Origin: an uncultured Armatimonadetes bacterium
GTDB taxonomy: Bacteria > Armatimonadota > UBA5829 > DTJY01
DNA length: 64,000 bases
Direction: 5' to 3'
NCBI GenBank assembly: GCA_963717145.1
Contig: OY970325.1
Span: forward strand, 256,001-320,000
Under the pieces are notes generated by a model. The model had not been told where the DNA came from and made no database searches. It saw nothing but the letters and a program-made list of their open reading frames with translations. How positions within the stretch are numbered: position 1 is the first letter of the stretch; each line of letters opens with the position of its first letter. Below are positions 47,773 to 58,800 of this stretch, in pieces. The translations under genes were made by a program, and so were the position numbers.

Positions 47773-50700
47773 CTACTCCACCTTCACCGTTACCTTGGTG
47801 GATGCCGCGTTGCCGGCCTGATCGACCGCCTTCACCTCCACGGTATGGTTGCCCTTCGAGAGAGGCTGCGTCGTCAGCGTGAAGTTCTCGAACGTCGAGT
47901 CAAAGATACCATCAGTCGGTGCGGCCGCAGCCCAGTCCCCTGAATCGACCTTGTACTGGACGCCCGCCAGTCCTACGAGGTTGTGGTAGGCGGCTCCCTC
48001 GATCCGAGCGCTGTTGTCCGCGAGGATCGTGATCGTTTTCTTGAACGCGACGACTCGCGGCGTCTGGTTGCTCACCACCAGCGGGTCGGAGATCGCCTCG
48101 CCGGTCATCGCATCGGTCGGGTTGCTCGTCCTGTCGGAAGCCACTACCTTCACAACGTACCTGCCATCCGGGTACTTGGTCGTGTCCCAGGTCAGGCTTG
48201 TCGATTTTGTCCCGTTGCTCGCAGGCTTCGCGGCGGGCTCGGTCTTCGGCTGCTCTATCGGCTTCGCGGGCGCAGCTTCGGTTTTGGCCTTCTCGATCAT
48301 CTGCGGCGCTTCGGCCATGATCTTGTCCTTCACATCCTGAGGGATCTCCGGATGCTGGTCCAACTCAGAGGCCATCTGAGCAATGACCTCGTCCGGATTC
48401 GTCAAGTCGATCTTCACCGCTTGATCGGCGGGAGCGGCCGCCGGTGGCTCTTCAGCAGGAGTCGCCTCCTCGGTCGGGCTGGTCTCGCTGGGCTTGGCGA
48501 CGGCGGGCTTCGCGGTGCTTTCGAGCGGTTTCCAGGTCTGGCCACTGTCGCCGGAGTAGAAAACCTCGTAGGTGAGATTGTCCTTGTCAGGATCCGTTCC
48601 GGCCCACTTGACTGTCTTGGTCCTGGCCCACTTCTCACCGCCCTTGGGACTCGCCAGGGTTACTTTGGGAGTCTGATTCTGCGTCAGATAGACGAGGCTG
48701 ACATCCTTGACCACCGGGCTGACCGACGGTATCCTCGGTGCTCAGCGTCGCCAGGTATTGCACGTACCTCCCCGGCGCGCTGACGATCGGCGTGTCCGAA
48801 GCCGCATAGGGTTCCGACCAGCCGCTCCATGAGGAATCGGGCTCGGCGACATCTCCCGTGCGGGTCTGAAGGGTCAATGACGTTCCCTTCGGAAGATCAG
48901 CGGTCCAACCGATCATGCCCCACTTGGACGACACCTTGCAGTCGTGGACCAGGGACTCGTATGTGCCTTTGAGGGATGTGCCCTCGGCGGCGGTGTAGAT
49001 GGAGCCGATGTTCCCCGTCCCGGCGTAGATCTTGCCGTCAGTTGATGCCAGGCACAGGAACTGCAGGTCGTCGTTGTTCTGGATCGCGGCGACGGTGTCG
49101 TCCTTCATCAGCCTGAAGATGGTGCTTGCGTTTGTGGCGTAGATGCTACCGTCTTTGCACGCCGTCATGCTCAGAATGCCTGATCCTGCCTTGTCATAGA
49201 CCACCTTGGGGGCGGTTTTCGGAGCGAGTCTGTAGACGACTCCCTTGGGCGCAGTTCCGGCATACAGGTTGCCCTCATTATCGACAGCCAACGCCGCGAT
49301 GGACGGCTCGGCCGCATCGTAAAGCACGCGGGTCTTGCCATCCGGAGTCACCTTGTAGAGGATACCATTCTGTCCCGTACCGATGTAGACATTGTCATCC
49401 TTATCGACCGCCAGCGAGAGCGCATTCGACTCGGAGGAGTCGATGATCACGTCGGCCTTGCCGTCGGGCGCGATCTTGTAGACCTTGCACTTGTCGCCGG
49501 CCGCAGCGTAGACGTTGTCCTTGCTGTCGGTCTTCAGCGAGACGATGTACTTCTCGTCGGCGTCGAAGAAGACGCTCCCGGCGCCACCAGGCATGATCTT
49601 GTAGATGATCCCGTTCGGCGATGTGCCCGCATAGACGTTGCCCGTGGAGTCCTTTGCCAGGGAATGGATCTCCAACTCGGGCGAGTCATACAGGGCGGAC
49701 GACTTACCGTCGGCGACGACCTTGTAGACGATGCCGTGGTTCCCGGTACCTGCATAGACGCCTCCATCACCGGCCGGAAGCATGCACCAGATGTAGGTCT
49801 CCGGAGACTCGTAGAGCGGCTTGAGCGAGCCGCCCAGCATAAAGGCATCTTTGGTCGTTGCGACCGTGTTCTCCAGAGTGCCGAGAGTGAACTCAGTCCT
49901 GGATGTCTGTTTCCAGACCGTCGGCGCTCTACCGATCGCCTTCTCGTCGGGCTTCGGCTTGGCCTCCGGTTTCTTCCCGGTAGTCACAGTCTCGTCAGTC
50001 GAGGCGCTCTCATCCGTTCCGGCAGACTCATCCGAGCTGTCCGCCGTCGCCGATGAGGGATCCGCGGAAAACTCGCTGATCACCGCCATCGCTGTGAACT
50101 GCTCGGAAGCTGCTCCTGCAGGCGTCAGTTCGTCCGGCATTGCGTTCATTTCCTCGGATGAGGGATCGCCGCCGGTCTCGTCTGCGGTAGGGTCTCCTCC
50201 CGAGGTGTCCATGGATGGGTCCGGTCCGCCGGAGCTTGATCCGGCGGTAGGCTTCTCGGCCTTGTTCTTGCGCTCGACGGTTATCATCAACTGCTGCTGG
50301 CCCATGACGACCCACTCGGTCGGGACGACTTGCTTGACTTCCTCGCGCTCGCTTCCGAGTGTTGTGGCCTTCGCCGATCTCATCGCCTCGGAGATAGTCG
50401 GTGGCAGTCCGGAAAGCTTCTCGCCTGCGATAGAAATGGCTGACATCGGCAGTACGACTTTCGCCACCAGTTCGTTGTTCTTCTCGCGTTCGAGAAGCTT
50501 CTTGATGAGCTGCTGGACGTTCTCGATGGTGGGGGACGAACTCCCGCTCATACCGCCTCCCGATTCCATCGACGGCGACTCCATACCCATCGGGCCGGAC
50601 CCCGGCGTTCATGCCGCGAACCATCAGCGGCATGCGTCCGGTCGGCATGTCTTTGGGGAGCTTGAGGCTGACCGTCCTTGTGACCGGATCGGCCTTGAAC

Positions 50701-52154
50701 GGCTTTATGACGATGCCCACGTCAATCGTGTCGCCCGGCGCGAACTTGCTTTCCTTCACAAAGATACGCTGGATCTGAGCGGTCTGGTGCTTCGGCGTAA
50801 TCTCGACCGTGACATCGACCTTCTTCACTCCGATGGGGTAGAACCTGTTGTTCTGGAGCGCCATGAGTATCTGCTGCAGGTCGCCGGTGGCGGCCATGTC
50901 GATCATCACCGGATCGAAAAAGGTGTTCTCCCGCACGATGCTGCCGATCTCATCGGCAACGACTTCGGTCCTCACCTTGGCGGTTGCATCATCGGGGCTC
51001 CCGCGCATCTCGAAGATCGCCTCCGTGGTCGCTCCGACTATCATGCTGCTGGAGAAAAGCGGGTGGTTTATCACCTGGACATTGAAGTCTTTCTTCAGGT
51101 CGCGGGACTTGTCGTCGACGTGGATCGTTACCGGAATCATCTTCGGAGCGGTACCGATCTCGCCGGCGATGCTCCAGGGGCGGTCCTGGAATACACGGCC
51201 GACCGTCCTGATCGGAGAGGCTATCTTGCTGGAGATCATAACGCTGGGGAAGACCTCGTGCACGTAGGCGGTCGTCATCGGCGCATCGAGCGGCCCCATG
51301 CCGTTCATGAACGGACTGGAAATCATCGGGTGACCGAACGCGAGTATCCTGTTTCCCCTGCGGTAAGTTATCGTGCCGACTCCTGTGATGTCGAGATCGC
51401 CCGTGACCAGCGACAGACCCACCGCCGCGCCCGGCACCAGTTCGACGTTGAGGTTCGCCTTGTCAGCGGGAACGCCGGCGCCCGCGACCGGCACCATGTT
51501 CAACGGCTTGAGCTGTTCGGCCAGCACGGACATCATCCGCGGCGACATCCCCCGCACCGCAAGGGGCATGGCGAGTGGCCGGAATACCAGGGTGCCGCTA
51601 TCGTAACTCTGGCTGCCGTCATCTATCGCGACCTTGCTGAACAACCGGCCGGCGAGCGGTATCGGCTTATCGAGGTTGGTGGCGTCGAGCTGGTAGAAGG
51701 TCGATGGCGTCGATGGCAGGGACGGATCCCAGGCTTCCAGCATGTGCTCGATCGGGGTGACCATCCCGATCGGCTCTTTGATGAATGCCTCACCATAGGC
51801 GAACGCGCCGAGCAGCTTGCCGTTGACATAGACCGGGCTCCCGCTCATTCCCTGGATCAGGTTGGCGCCGCGCTCCGTGATCGGGCCGCCCTTCATCTTT
51901 ACAAGGATGAGGCTCTTGCCGAAGTTCATCTTCTCCATTACGCTGAGCACTTCGACTTCGAACGTCTCGATCTTCGTGCCGCGGAAGACGGTCTTGCCGT
52001 AGCCCTTCATGCCAGGCTTGACGTCCTTGACGAGCATGATGTTCTTCAGGTCCTGCGGATCTATCTTTCGCTCCGGTGTCTTGCTCGTCGCAGCGCAGGC
52101 GATTCCGGCCAGCCAGACCAGCATGAGAGCAATTGCTAAGCGCCGATTCAACAT
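47773..52154 (-). CDS. Secreted SpoIVB-like S55 peptidase fused to beta-propeller and Ig-like domains (~1460 aa; frameshifts ~50600 and ~48730)
   Basis: GMSGSPVY and AFGHP S55 motifs; repeated G-x-x-YAGT propeller blades; three ORFs joined by single indels. Confidence 0.8.
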
Positions 52155-52219
52155 GTAAGGCCCCTTTCGGTGACGAAAAAAGGTGTGAGCGGAATCCCGG
52201 GAGTCCGCCCACTGGATTA

Positions 52220-52284
52220 TTTATAGCATTCATCGTGGCAGCATGTCAAGCGCATTTGACACCCCGTTGGCGCCGTGATAGACT
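52220..52284. promoter_or_regulatory. Back-to-back sigma-70 promoters
   Basis: Minus strand TTGACA-N18-TATAAA (52249-52220); plus strand TTGACA-N17-TAGACT (52256-52284). Confidence 0.6.
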
Positions 52285-52293
52285 GCCTGCGAG

Positions 52294-53211
52294 ATGTGTC
52301 GAAGAACCCTCGGTTTCCTCTTACTGATACTTCTGCTCGCAAGGGCCGCCACCGCAGGCGAAAACTGGCGTGTGACGCGTACAAGCCACTTCATTATCTA
52401 TTACGCAAATAAGTCCGCCTCGGTTGCATCCAAGACCGCTACATCTGCTGAAAAGTGGTATATTCGCCTGTCCGACAAGCTGGGGTTTTCCCCGGGCGGC
52501 GTGACGCCGGTCTACCTGTATCCTGATAGAGCCGCTTTCTCCGATGCAACTGGTGTCGGTCGAGCGGAGACCATAGTCGGCATTGCTCAGGCGCACGTCA
52601 TCCGAGTGGACGCATCAGGTGTATACGCCGACGTCGAGCAGATTCTTGCCCACGAGATGGTCCACGTCTTCATCGTCCGTCGGCTTCACGGGTACACCTC
52701 TCGTCTGCCACTATGGTTCCATGAGGGACTCGCACAATACCTTACTGACGACTGGAGCGAAGCGGATCAGCAGGTGCTGGGGGACGCGGTATCCAGCGGC
52801 GAAATCCGCGACCTCGCAAGCATCACTACGAGCTTTCCCAGGGATCAGAAGGGCAGGGAGATCGCCTACGCCGAGAGCTACTCGATCGTTGGGTACATCG
52901 CCCGCAGGTATACGCTCCAGGCCCTGCGGGACCTTGTGACCGAAACGAAACAAGGCAGGCCGTTCGATGTCGCATGCCTGTATAGCCTCGGCACGGAGCC
53001 CGATGTGCTCGAACGAGAGTGGAGGGACTCCCTCTCGAAGCAGTATGGCGTCCAGCGCTGGTTCCGGCTTGGGGCGGCGGTCATCTCGGCATTCATGGCC
53101 GTGTTCGGGATTCTGGCGTTCGCTGCACGGATTCGTCAGAAGCGCCGCCAGGCCCAGCAGTTCGAGGAGGAGCAGAAATCACGCTGGCGCGATGCCGATG
53201 ACCTCACGTAA
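52294..53211 (+). CDS. Peptidase MA-like (gluzincin) metalloprotease with C-terminal TM
   Basis: HEMVH, PLWFHEGLAQY, AYAES; signal peptide. Confidence 0.85.
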   Translation: MCRRTLGFLLLILLLARAATAGENWRVTRTSHFIIYYANKSASVASKTATSAEKWYIRLSDKLGFSPGGVTPVYLYPDRAAFSDATGVGRAETIVGIAQAHVIRVDASGVYADVEQILAHEMVHVFIVRRLHGYTSRLPLWFHEGLAQYLTDDWSEADQQVLGDAVSSGEIRDLASITTSFPRDQKGREIAYAESYSIVGYIARRYTLQALRDLVTETKQGRPFDVACLYSLGTEPDVLEREWRDSLSKQYGVQRWFRLGAAVISAFMAVFGILAFAARIRQKRRQAQQFEEEQKSRWRDADDLT

Positions 53212-53217
53212 GGTCCG

Positions 53218-55218
53218 TCACTCTGTCCCGGCCCGGGCCTCGATCAGCCGCCAGCTCATTCCATCGAATTCGATCGGAATGGACTCTCCCGTCAGCGTCA
53301 AAGGCTTCCCGCTGATGGCGTCAACGGCTGACAGCGCTCCCGACTTGAGGCCAAGCTTCGCTCGATCGAGAGTGATCGTCGTCGAAGCCGGCTCGCGCTT
53401 CAAGTGGCTTACGAAGATCAGCGCCTTTCCTTGCCTGGCGAACGCACTCGCCTTGACCGATCCATCACTCGACGTTACCCCGGATCCCTTCCAGTAAGGC
53501 AGCCACTTCGCCGAAGCGATTCCGAACCGATCGCATGCATTCCAGATCGGTGCAACAGCCTTCAGGGTGTCCAGACCGCCGGGCCTAACTTCGACGCCGT
53601 GCACCCAGGCCATCGCGATCGCTTCATCGAAGGTGAACGGATTGTTCACGTAACACAGGAACTCGGCGTCAATCCCGTGAGCCCAGCCCATGAACTCGGC
53701 GCGGAACGCATCGAGCGGTATCTCGACCTTGTCGGCGGACGTGTATCCCTGGTACTGCTCACCGTCCCAGTAGCTGTCGCAGAACGATAGGGTCGGCATC
53801 GTGAGACTGGCTGACATGTGTACGTCGAGAATCGCGTCCGGCCTGTGCTTACGGACGATGTCGGCGATTCGGCGCATCATGCTTCGAACCGACAGCACCG
53901 GGTAGGTATTCCGGATGACGCCGGCTTCATCTTTCCATCCGCAGCCGTGCGACTCGTTCTGACACCGCCACGCTTCGGAAGTCCCGTCGAAGTACAGCCC
54001 ATCGAGCTTGTAATCGGTGAACAGCTTGTCGATGCCCTTGACGAGCCATTCGCTCCAGGTGCTTCGGGCGCACGTGGCATCGAAGGACCGGAACTCGGCC
54101 TTGTAGTCGGGTACCCACGGGATGAGCGGCAGCACGGACCACTCGTCGTGATGCCCCTGGATCTCGGGCGCTGATCTGGCGACGCCGTAGCCGACATAGA
54201 CGAGCAGCTTCAGCCCTCGCTGGTGGCATGCATCGATCAGCTTGCGCAACTCCTCCGGATCCGGCGGCACGAGTTGCCCGTAGTATTCGGGCCACATGTC
54301 GTGGTAGACGACCGTCTTCACCCCGGCATCGCGGTACGCATCGAGAAGGATCTTCCCGTCCTGATCCGGCTCATCGCTCTCATAACTGATGTAGTGGCAT
54401 ATTCGAGCCTGCGATCGCCACTCGAACGAGACCGGCTTGACGGGAGTAGCCTGAAGCCCGAAGCGGATGTGCACCGGTGAGTCAATCGTTGCCTTGTGAT
54501 CGAGAAACGTTGTCGTGAAGAGGACCGTGTCGCCGTCGGTTCGAACGTGGAGCGCGTTGGTCGGCTCGTTCAGCCGCCAGCCCTCGTCCGATTCGCAGCA
54601 CCACGCCAGACCGCGATCTTCATCGCCGAGCCAGACGTACGGCATGAACTTCTGTCTCCACTTGCCGCCGTATTCCGGCAAGCCGCTCGTCAACTGGCCT
54701 CCCCACTCAAAACATGCAGCATGAATATATCGGGCCGATTCCGTCTTTCGTGGGATCTCGAGTCGAAGCGAGGTCAGCTCGATGGGTTTCTTCGGCGTGA
54801 GGGTGACGTCGTACCAGCAGAACCCGTCGCAGTCGCCCGTCATCCGCGCGCTGATCTCGAACCCATGCGACTCGCCGAGCCATTCCCAGGTCGCGGAGTC
54901 TGCGCCACCTTCTGTGACCTTTCCCTGGCCCTTGATGTCACTCATCGAGGCGGCCGGATCCGCTGTTATGCGGATAGGTGATGCGAGAAGGGGCTTACCG
55001 GCGGCTGTGATCTGCTGTGGGAGAAGCATCGCTCCGAGGCTCGTATCGCGTCCCAGGCAGCGAAACGACTTGGAGGTCGCTTTGACGGGCGTGTACGGCT
55101 TCGGGACAGCCGTCCATCCGGTGGATGACAGAGCGATCAACAGGATGCTCGTGGCGATGAGAGCCATGCGGAAAGGACATGTAAACATGCCATCATGTTC
55201 CAGCAGGTTCCGGTGCAT
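53218..55218 (-). CDS. Secreted DUF6067/GH123-like glycoside hydrolase (start uncertain)
   Basis: PYVWLG...GLAW; FGLQATPVKP; LDGLYFDG. Confidence 0.7.
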   Translation of the reverse strand: MHRNLLEHDGMFTCPFRMALIATSILLIALSSTGWTAVPKPYTPVKATSKSFRCLGRDTSLGAMLLPQQITAAGKPLLASPIRITADPAASMSDIKGQGKVTEGGADSATWEWLGESHGFEISARMTGDCDGFCWYDVTLTPKKPIELTSLRLEIPRKTESARYIHAACFEWGGQLTSGLPEYGGKWRQKFMPYVWLGDEDRGLAWCCESDEGWRLNEPTNALHVRTDGDTVLFTTTFLDHKATIDSPVHIRFGLQATPVKPVSFEWRSQARICHYISYESDEPDQDGKILLDAYRDAGVKTVVYHDMWPEYYGQLVPPDPEELRKLIDACHQRGLKLLVYVGYGVARSAPEIQGHHDEWSVLPLIPWVPDYKAEFRSFDATCARSTWSEWLVKGIDKLFTDYKLDGLYFDGTSEAWRCQNESHGCGWKDEAGVIRNTYPVLSVRSMMRRIADIVRKHRPDAILDVHMSASLTMPTLSFCDSYWDGEQYQGYTSADKVEIPLDAFRAEFMGWAHGIDAEFLCYVNNPFTFDEAIAMAWVHGVEVRPGGLDTLKAVAPIWNACDRFGIASAKWLPYWKGSGVTSSDGSVKASAFARQGKALIFVSHLKREPASTTITLDRAKLGLKSGALSAVDAISGKPLTLTGESIPIEFDGMSWRLIEARAGTE

Positions 55219-55253
55219 TCCTTCCGGCTATTCAAAGGCATCTCCATGCCGCC

Positions 55254-55817
55254 CTATATCAGTGGCATGGAGATGATCTCGTCGCCGGTCTCCAAGTCGA
55301 TGATTGCCACCTTGCCATCCTGGATCAATCCCACAGTTGGCGTGAGGACGCCGTTCCGCTCGAGCTTGGGATGTGCGGGACTCCCGGGGTTGACGTGAAT
55401 CATGCCGCCGATCCGCTCTACTGCGGGCAAGTGAGTATGACCGGTGACGAGCAGATCGGTCTGTCCACGCTCAGCCAATCGGCGAATCGATTCCGGGGTC
55501 AGGGTGTGGCCGTGACTCACTGCAATCCTCAGACCGCCGGATTGCACGAAGGCATACGGCGAAAGCACCGGTATATCGAGCAGCTCCTCGTAGACCTCAG
55601 CGTCGCAGTTGCCCCTCGCCAGCACGATGGGAATGGGGCATGCGTTCAGCAACTCGACCAGCCCGGGGACGTCGTACCCGGGCCGGCGCCCGAGCCTCGG
55701 GGGATGGTAGAGGATATCTCCCGCATGGATGATGAGATCCGCGCCCGCGAACCTGACCATCGCCTTGTGCCACGCCGGAACGTTGCCATGTGTATCGCTT
55801 ATGATACCAATCTTCAT
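55254..55817 (-). CDS. YfcE-family metallophosphoesterase
   Basis: SDTHG, HAGD, RGNCD, HGH, GHTH, NPGS. Confidence 0.92.
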   Translation of the reverse strand: MKIGIISDTHGNVPAWHKAMVRFAGADLIIHAGDILYHPPRLGRRPGYDVPGLVELLNACPIPIVLARGNCDAEVYEELLDIPVLSPYAFVQSGGLRIAVSHGHTLTPESIRRLAERGQTDLLVTGHTHLPAVERIGGMIHVNPGSPAHPKLERNGVLTPTVGLIQDGKVAIIDLETGDEIISMPLI

Positions 55818-55835
55818 CCGATCGTCTCGTCCCGG

Positions 55836-58800
55836 CTAGTGGAAGGTTATCGACAGGTTGTCTATGCCGGTGTGCAGCCAGTATCCCTTCCACGGCTGCA
55901 GCAGCGTTGTGTCCGCATAGTCGTCGTCGAGGCCCAGGGTCATGATGTTGCTGCCATTGTTGTCCCACCAGTAGCAGATGGTGTTCAGCCAACCAAGGTT
56001 CCTCGCCGTGGAGATCGGTCGTGTATACAGACCTTGGCTCACCGTAACCATGTTCCAGTCCTTGGGTCCCATGAACGGGCAGCCGATGATGTACCACCCG
56101 GCTCTGGGAAGGGCAATGGTACGCTCGGTCTGGGGCGCTACGTCGGCCGGTTCGTAGCTGATGGTCGAGGGCACCGGTGTCCAGAGCCAGTAGCCGTCGT
56201 CTATGCTTACATCGCCGAAATCCGACGGACTGTACTGCGAATAGATGATCAGGTTTTGGGTGGCGCCATCCCGGCGATACAGAGTGCCATCGATATCGAT
56301 CCCCTGGAAGACAACGAGAGGATTGGGGTCCGCGGGCTGGGCCGGAAGGCTAAGCAGGTTCCATCCTGCGGTAACCATGCCGGGCGGAGACGTCAACATG
56401 CCCGACTCGATCGCCGCATCCTTTCGGAGCACGTCGCCCGCCGAGAGTTCGAGTCCACCGAACGCCTTAGGCCCGTAGCCCTCCTTGCTGATCGCCACTC
56501 TGTAGATCCCCGGGGGCAGGTCAAGGAACGCGTACGTGCCTGTGGCATCGGTGCGAGTCGTTCTTTCGACCGGCCCTCTGATCGTTACGGACGCTTTGTA
56601 TATCCAATTGCGGTAGATCGGATGGTTCGGCTCAGCTACATCCGTGATCGTCCCGAAGATGATTCCTGTTGTCGGTTGATCCTTCCATGGCATGTCGGGG
56701 ATCGGCGCCGGCTGGCTGAACAGGTCCGCCGTGACGGCATCGAAGAAGGCCCCCGCCGGTTGACCATCCTTGTTGGTCACGGCGTAGCTGTACGCACACA
56801 GTCCGTCGCACCCGGAGTTGCGCGAGTAGGTCATCTGATCGATACTCGCAGAGATCGAGTTCATGTAGATGCCCTGTCCATCGACTGCAAGCCTTCCGGA
56901 TGAGCCTGCCGCTCTGGGCAGCCAGTTCGCCCATTCGCGATAGCTCGCCTTCTGGACTGTGTTGTACTCGCGCTTGTAGTTCATGAGGATGTTGATGTCA
57001 ATGATATGCTGATTCATCCAGCCACGGGCATCCTGGAAGACGCCGGCATACTGGGGCGTGCGTTCGTACTCCGTATTGGGATCCGCGCCGTCCCAGCCAA
57101 CGGTATCGACCGACATCTTGATCCGCGGGTTCAGGTACATGGCCTCGACGTAGCACTTCGTCAGCAGATCGGTGACCTGCTGCCTTCGATAATCGCACCA
57201 GACCTGCCAGTTCGCAGAGGGGTTGCTGCCATCCTCGCCCACAGGCGAGGTCGGGGGATAGTAGCCGTGCTCGTACTGGAAGCGCCACCTGACGTACTGG
57301 TTGTAGCCCCAGTTCGTGCCGGGATAGCGCACATAGTCGAAGTTGATGCCGTCCAGCGTCTGGTACTGGCCGACGATGTCCTTCACGATGTTGGCGATAT
57401 AATCCTGAACGCCCGGAACACCGGGGTCGATGTTCAGGCTGTTGCCTTCCTGATAGCCGCCTCCTGAGGTCCTCATCGACCAGTCCTCGGCGGATTCCGG
57501 CCCGTGTTCAGCCCAGACGTGTCCCGCCTCAGCATCCGGATAAGTGAGAAACCATGCCCGGTAGGTCACGATCCACGCATGGACCTCGATCCCCTTGGCG
57601 TGTGCCTTGTCGATTAGATCCTGGAGCGGGTCGTATGCCCCCTCAGGCGGCGTTATATTCGTGCCCCATGGCTCGTATTGGGAAATGTAGTAGGCATCCC
57701 CCGCCTTCCTGACCTCCACCACGATGGCGTTGTAGTTGGCGGCGGAGACCTTATTCACGAACGCAGTCGTCTCTTCAGCGCTGAGGAAGCCGTTGTGCCA
57801 AGTGTCAGCCCAGATCATGCGGTATTCCGGGGCGGTGGACGAGGTGGCGAATGTGTGATCCTCGGAAACCGTCGTATTCCCGGCGCCGTCCGTGGACTTG
57901 ACCCGGAAGTGATAGAGCGTATCGGTCAGCAGACCTTCGAGGGTCACGCTGTGCAGGGTGACGAGGTTTACGTCAAGGGGCGATTCGGAGCCGTAGTCTG
58001 TCGTGATCCCATACTCCACCTGGGAGTTGGCCGGCTCGTTCGTTTTCCACCTCACGATGGCCGAGTCCATGCGCCTGGACACGGATATCTCGGAGATGAC
58101 GGGCGGCGTCTCATCAGGGCCTCCGGTGGTGAAGTAGAATGGCCCCACGTTGATCTCATTCGACTCGGCGTCCTTGGATACCACACAGTAGGTGTAGGTC
58201 GTGTCTGGATCGAGTCCCGTTATCACGACTCTGTGGTCCGTTACGAGTTCTGAGTCGAGTGGGGTCTGCGAGGTGTAGCCCCCGATGCCGTATCCGACCA
58301 GCGATGTTGCAGGCTCATCTGTGACCCAGGTGATGACGACCGAGTTGGATCCCGGGTCGGCGCTGACCTCTGATATCACCGGTGGAGTAACATCGGCCGA
58401 CTTCGTCGTGAACCAATATACTCCCTTGGTGACGCAGTTTCGGCGCGCGTCACAAGACACAACCGCGTAGTAGTATTTCGTATCCGGCAGCAGGTTCGTC
58501 AGAGTGACGGAGTGATCCGTTACCAGCGTTATGTCTTCGACCGTCTCGCCGGTCGGAGGATTGGATGTTCCGTAGCGCACCTGAGATGTTGCCGGCTCGT
58601 CGGTCACCCAGGTGATGACGCAGGTACGCGATCCGGGATCAGCCTTCACCGTGTACGTCTTGGGTGGAGCGATATCGAGCGCCTTGGTGGTGAACGTGTG
58701 ATCGCTGGATACAGAGGTGTTCCCCGAGTCGTCGGTCGAGATCACGCGATAGTGGTAATCTGTCTCCGGCAGCAGGTTCGGAATGAGCACGCTGTGGTCC

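Noticed and set aside
49821-52139. 772-aa plus-strand ORF and other long antisense ORFs (11417-13096, 34139-35719, 55371-56903)
   Set aside because: Shadow ORFs of well-supported genes in GC-rich DNA; no motifs
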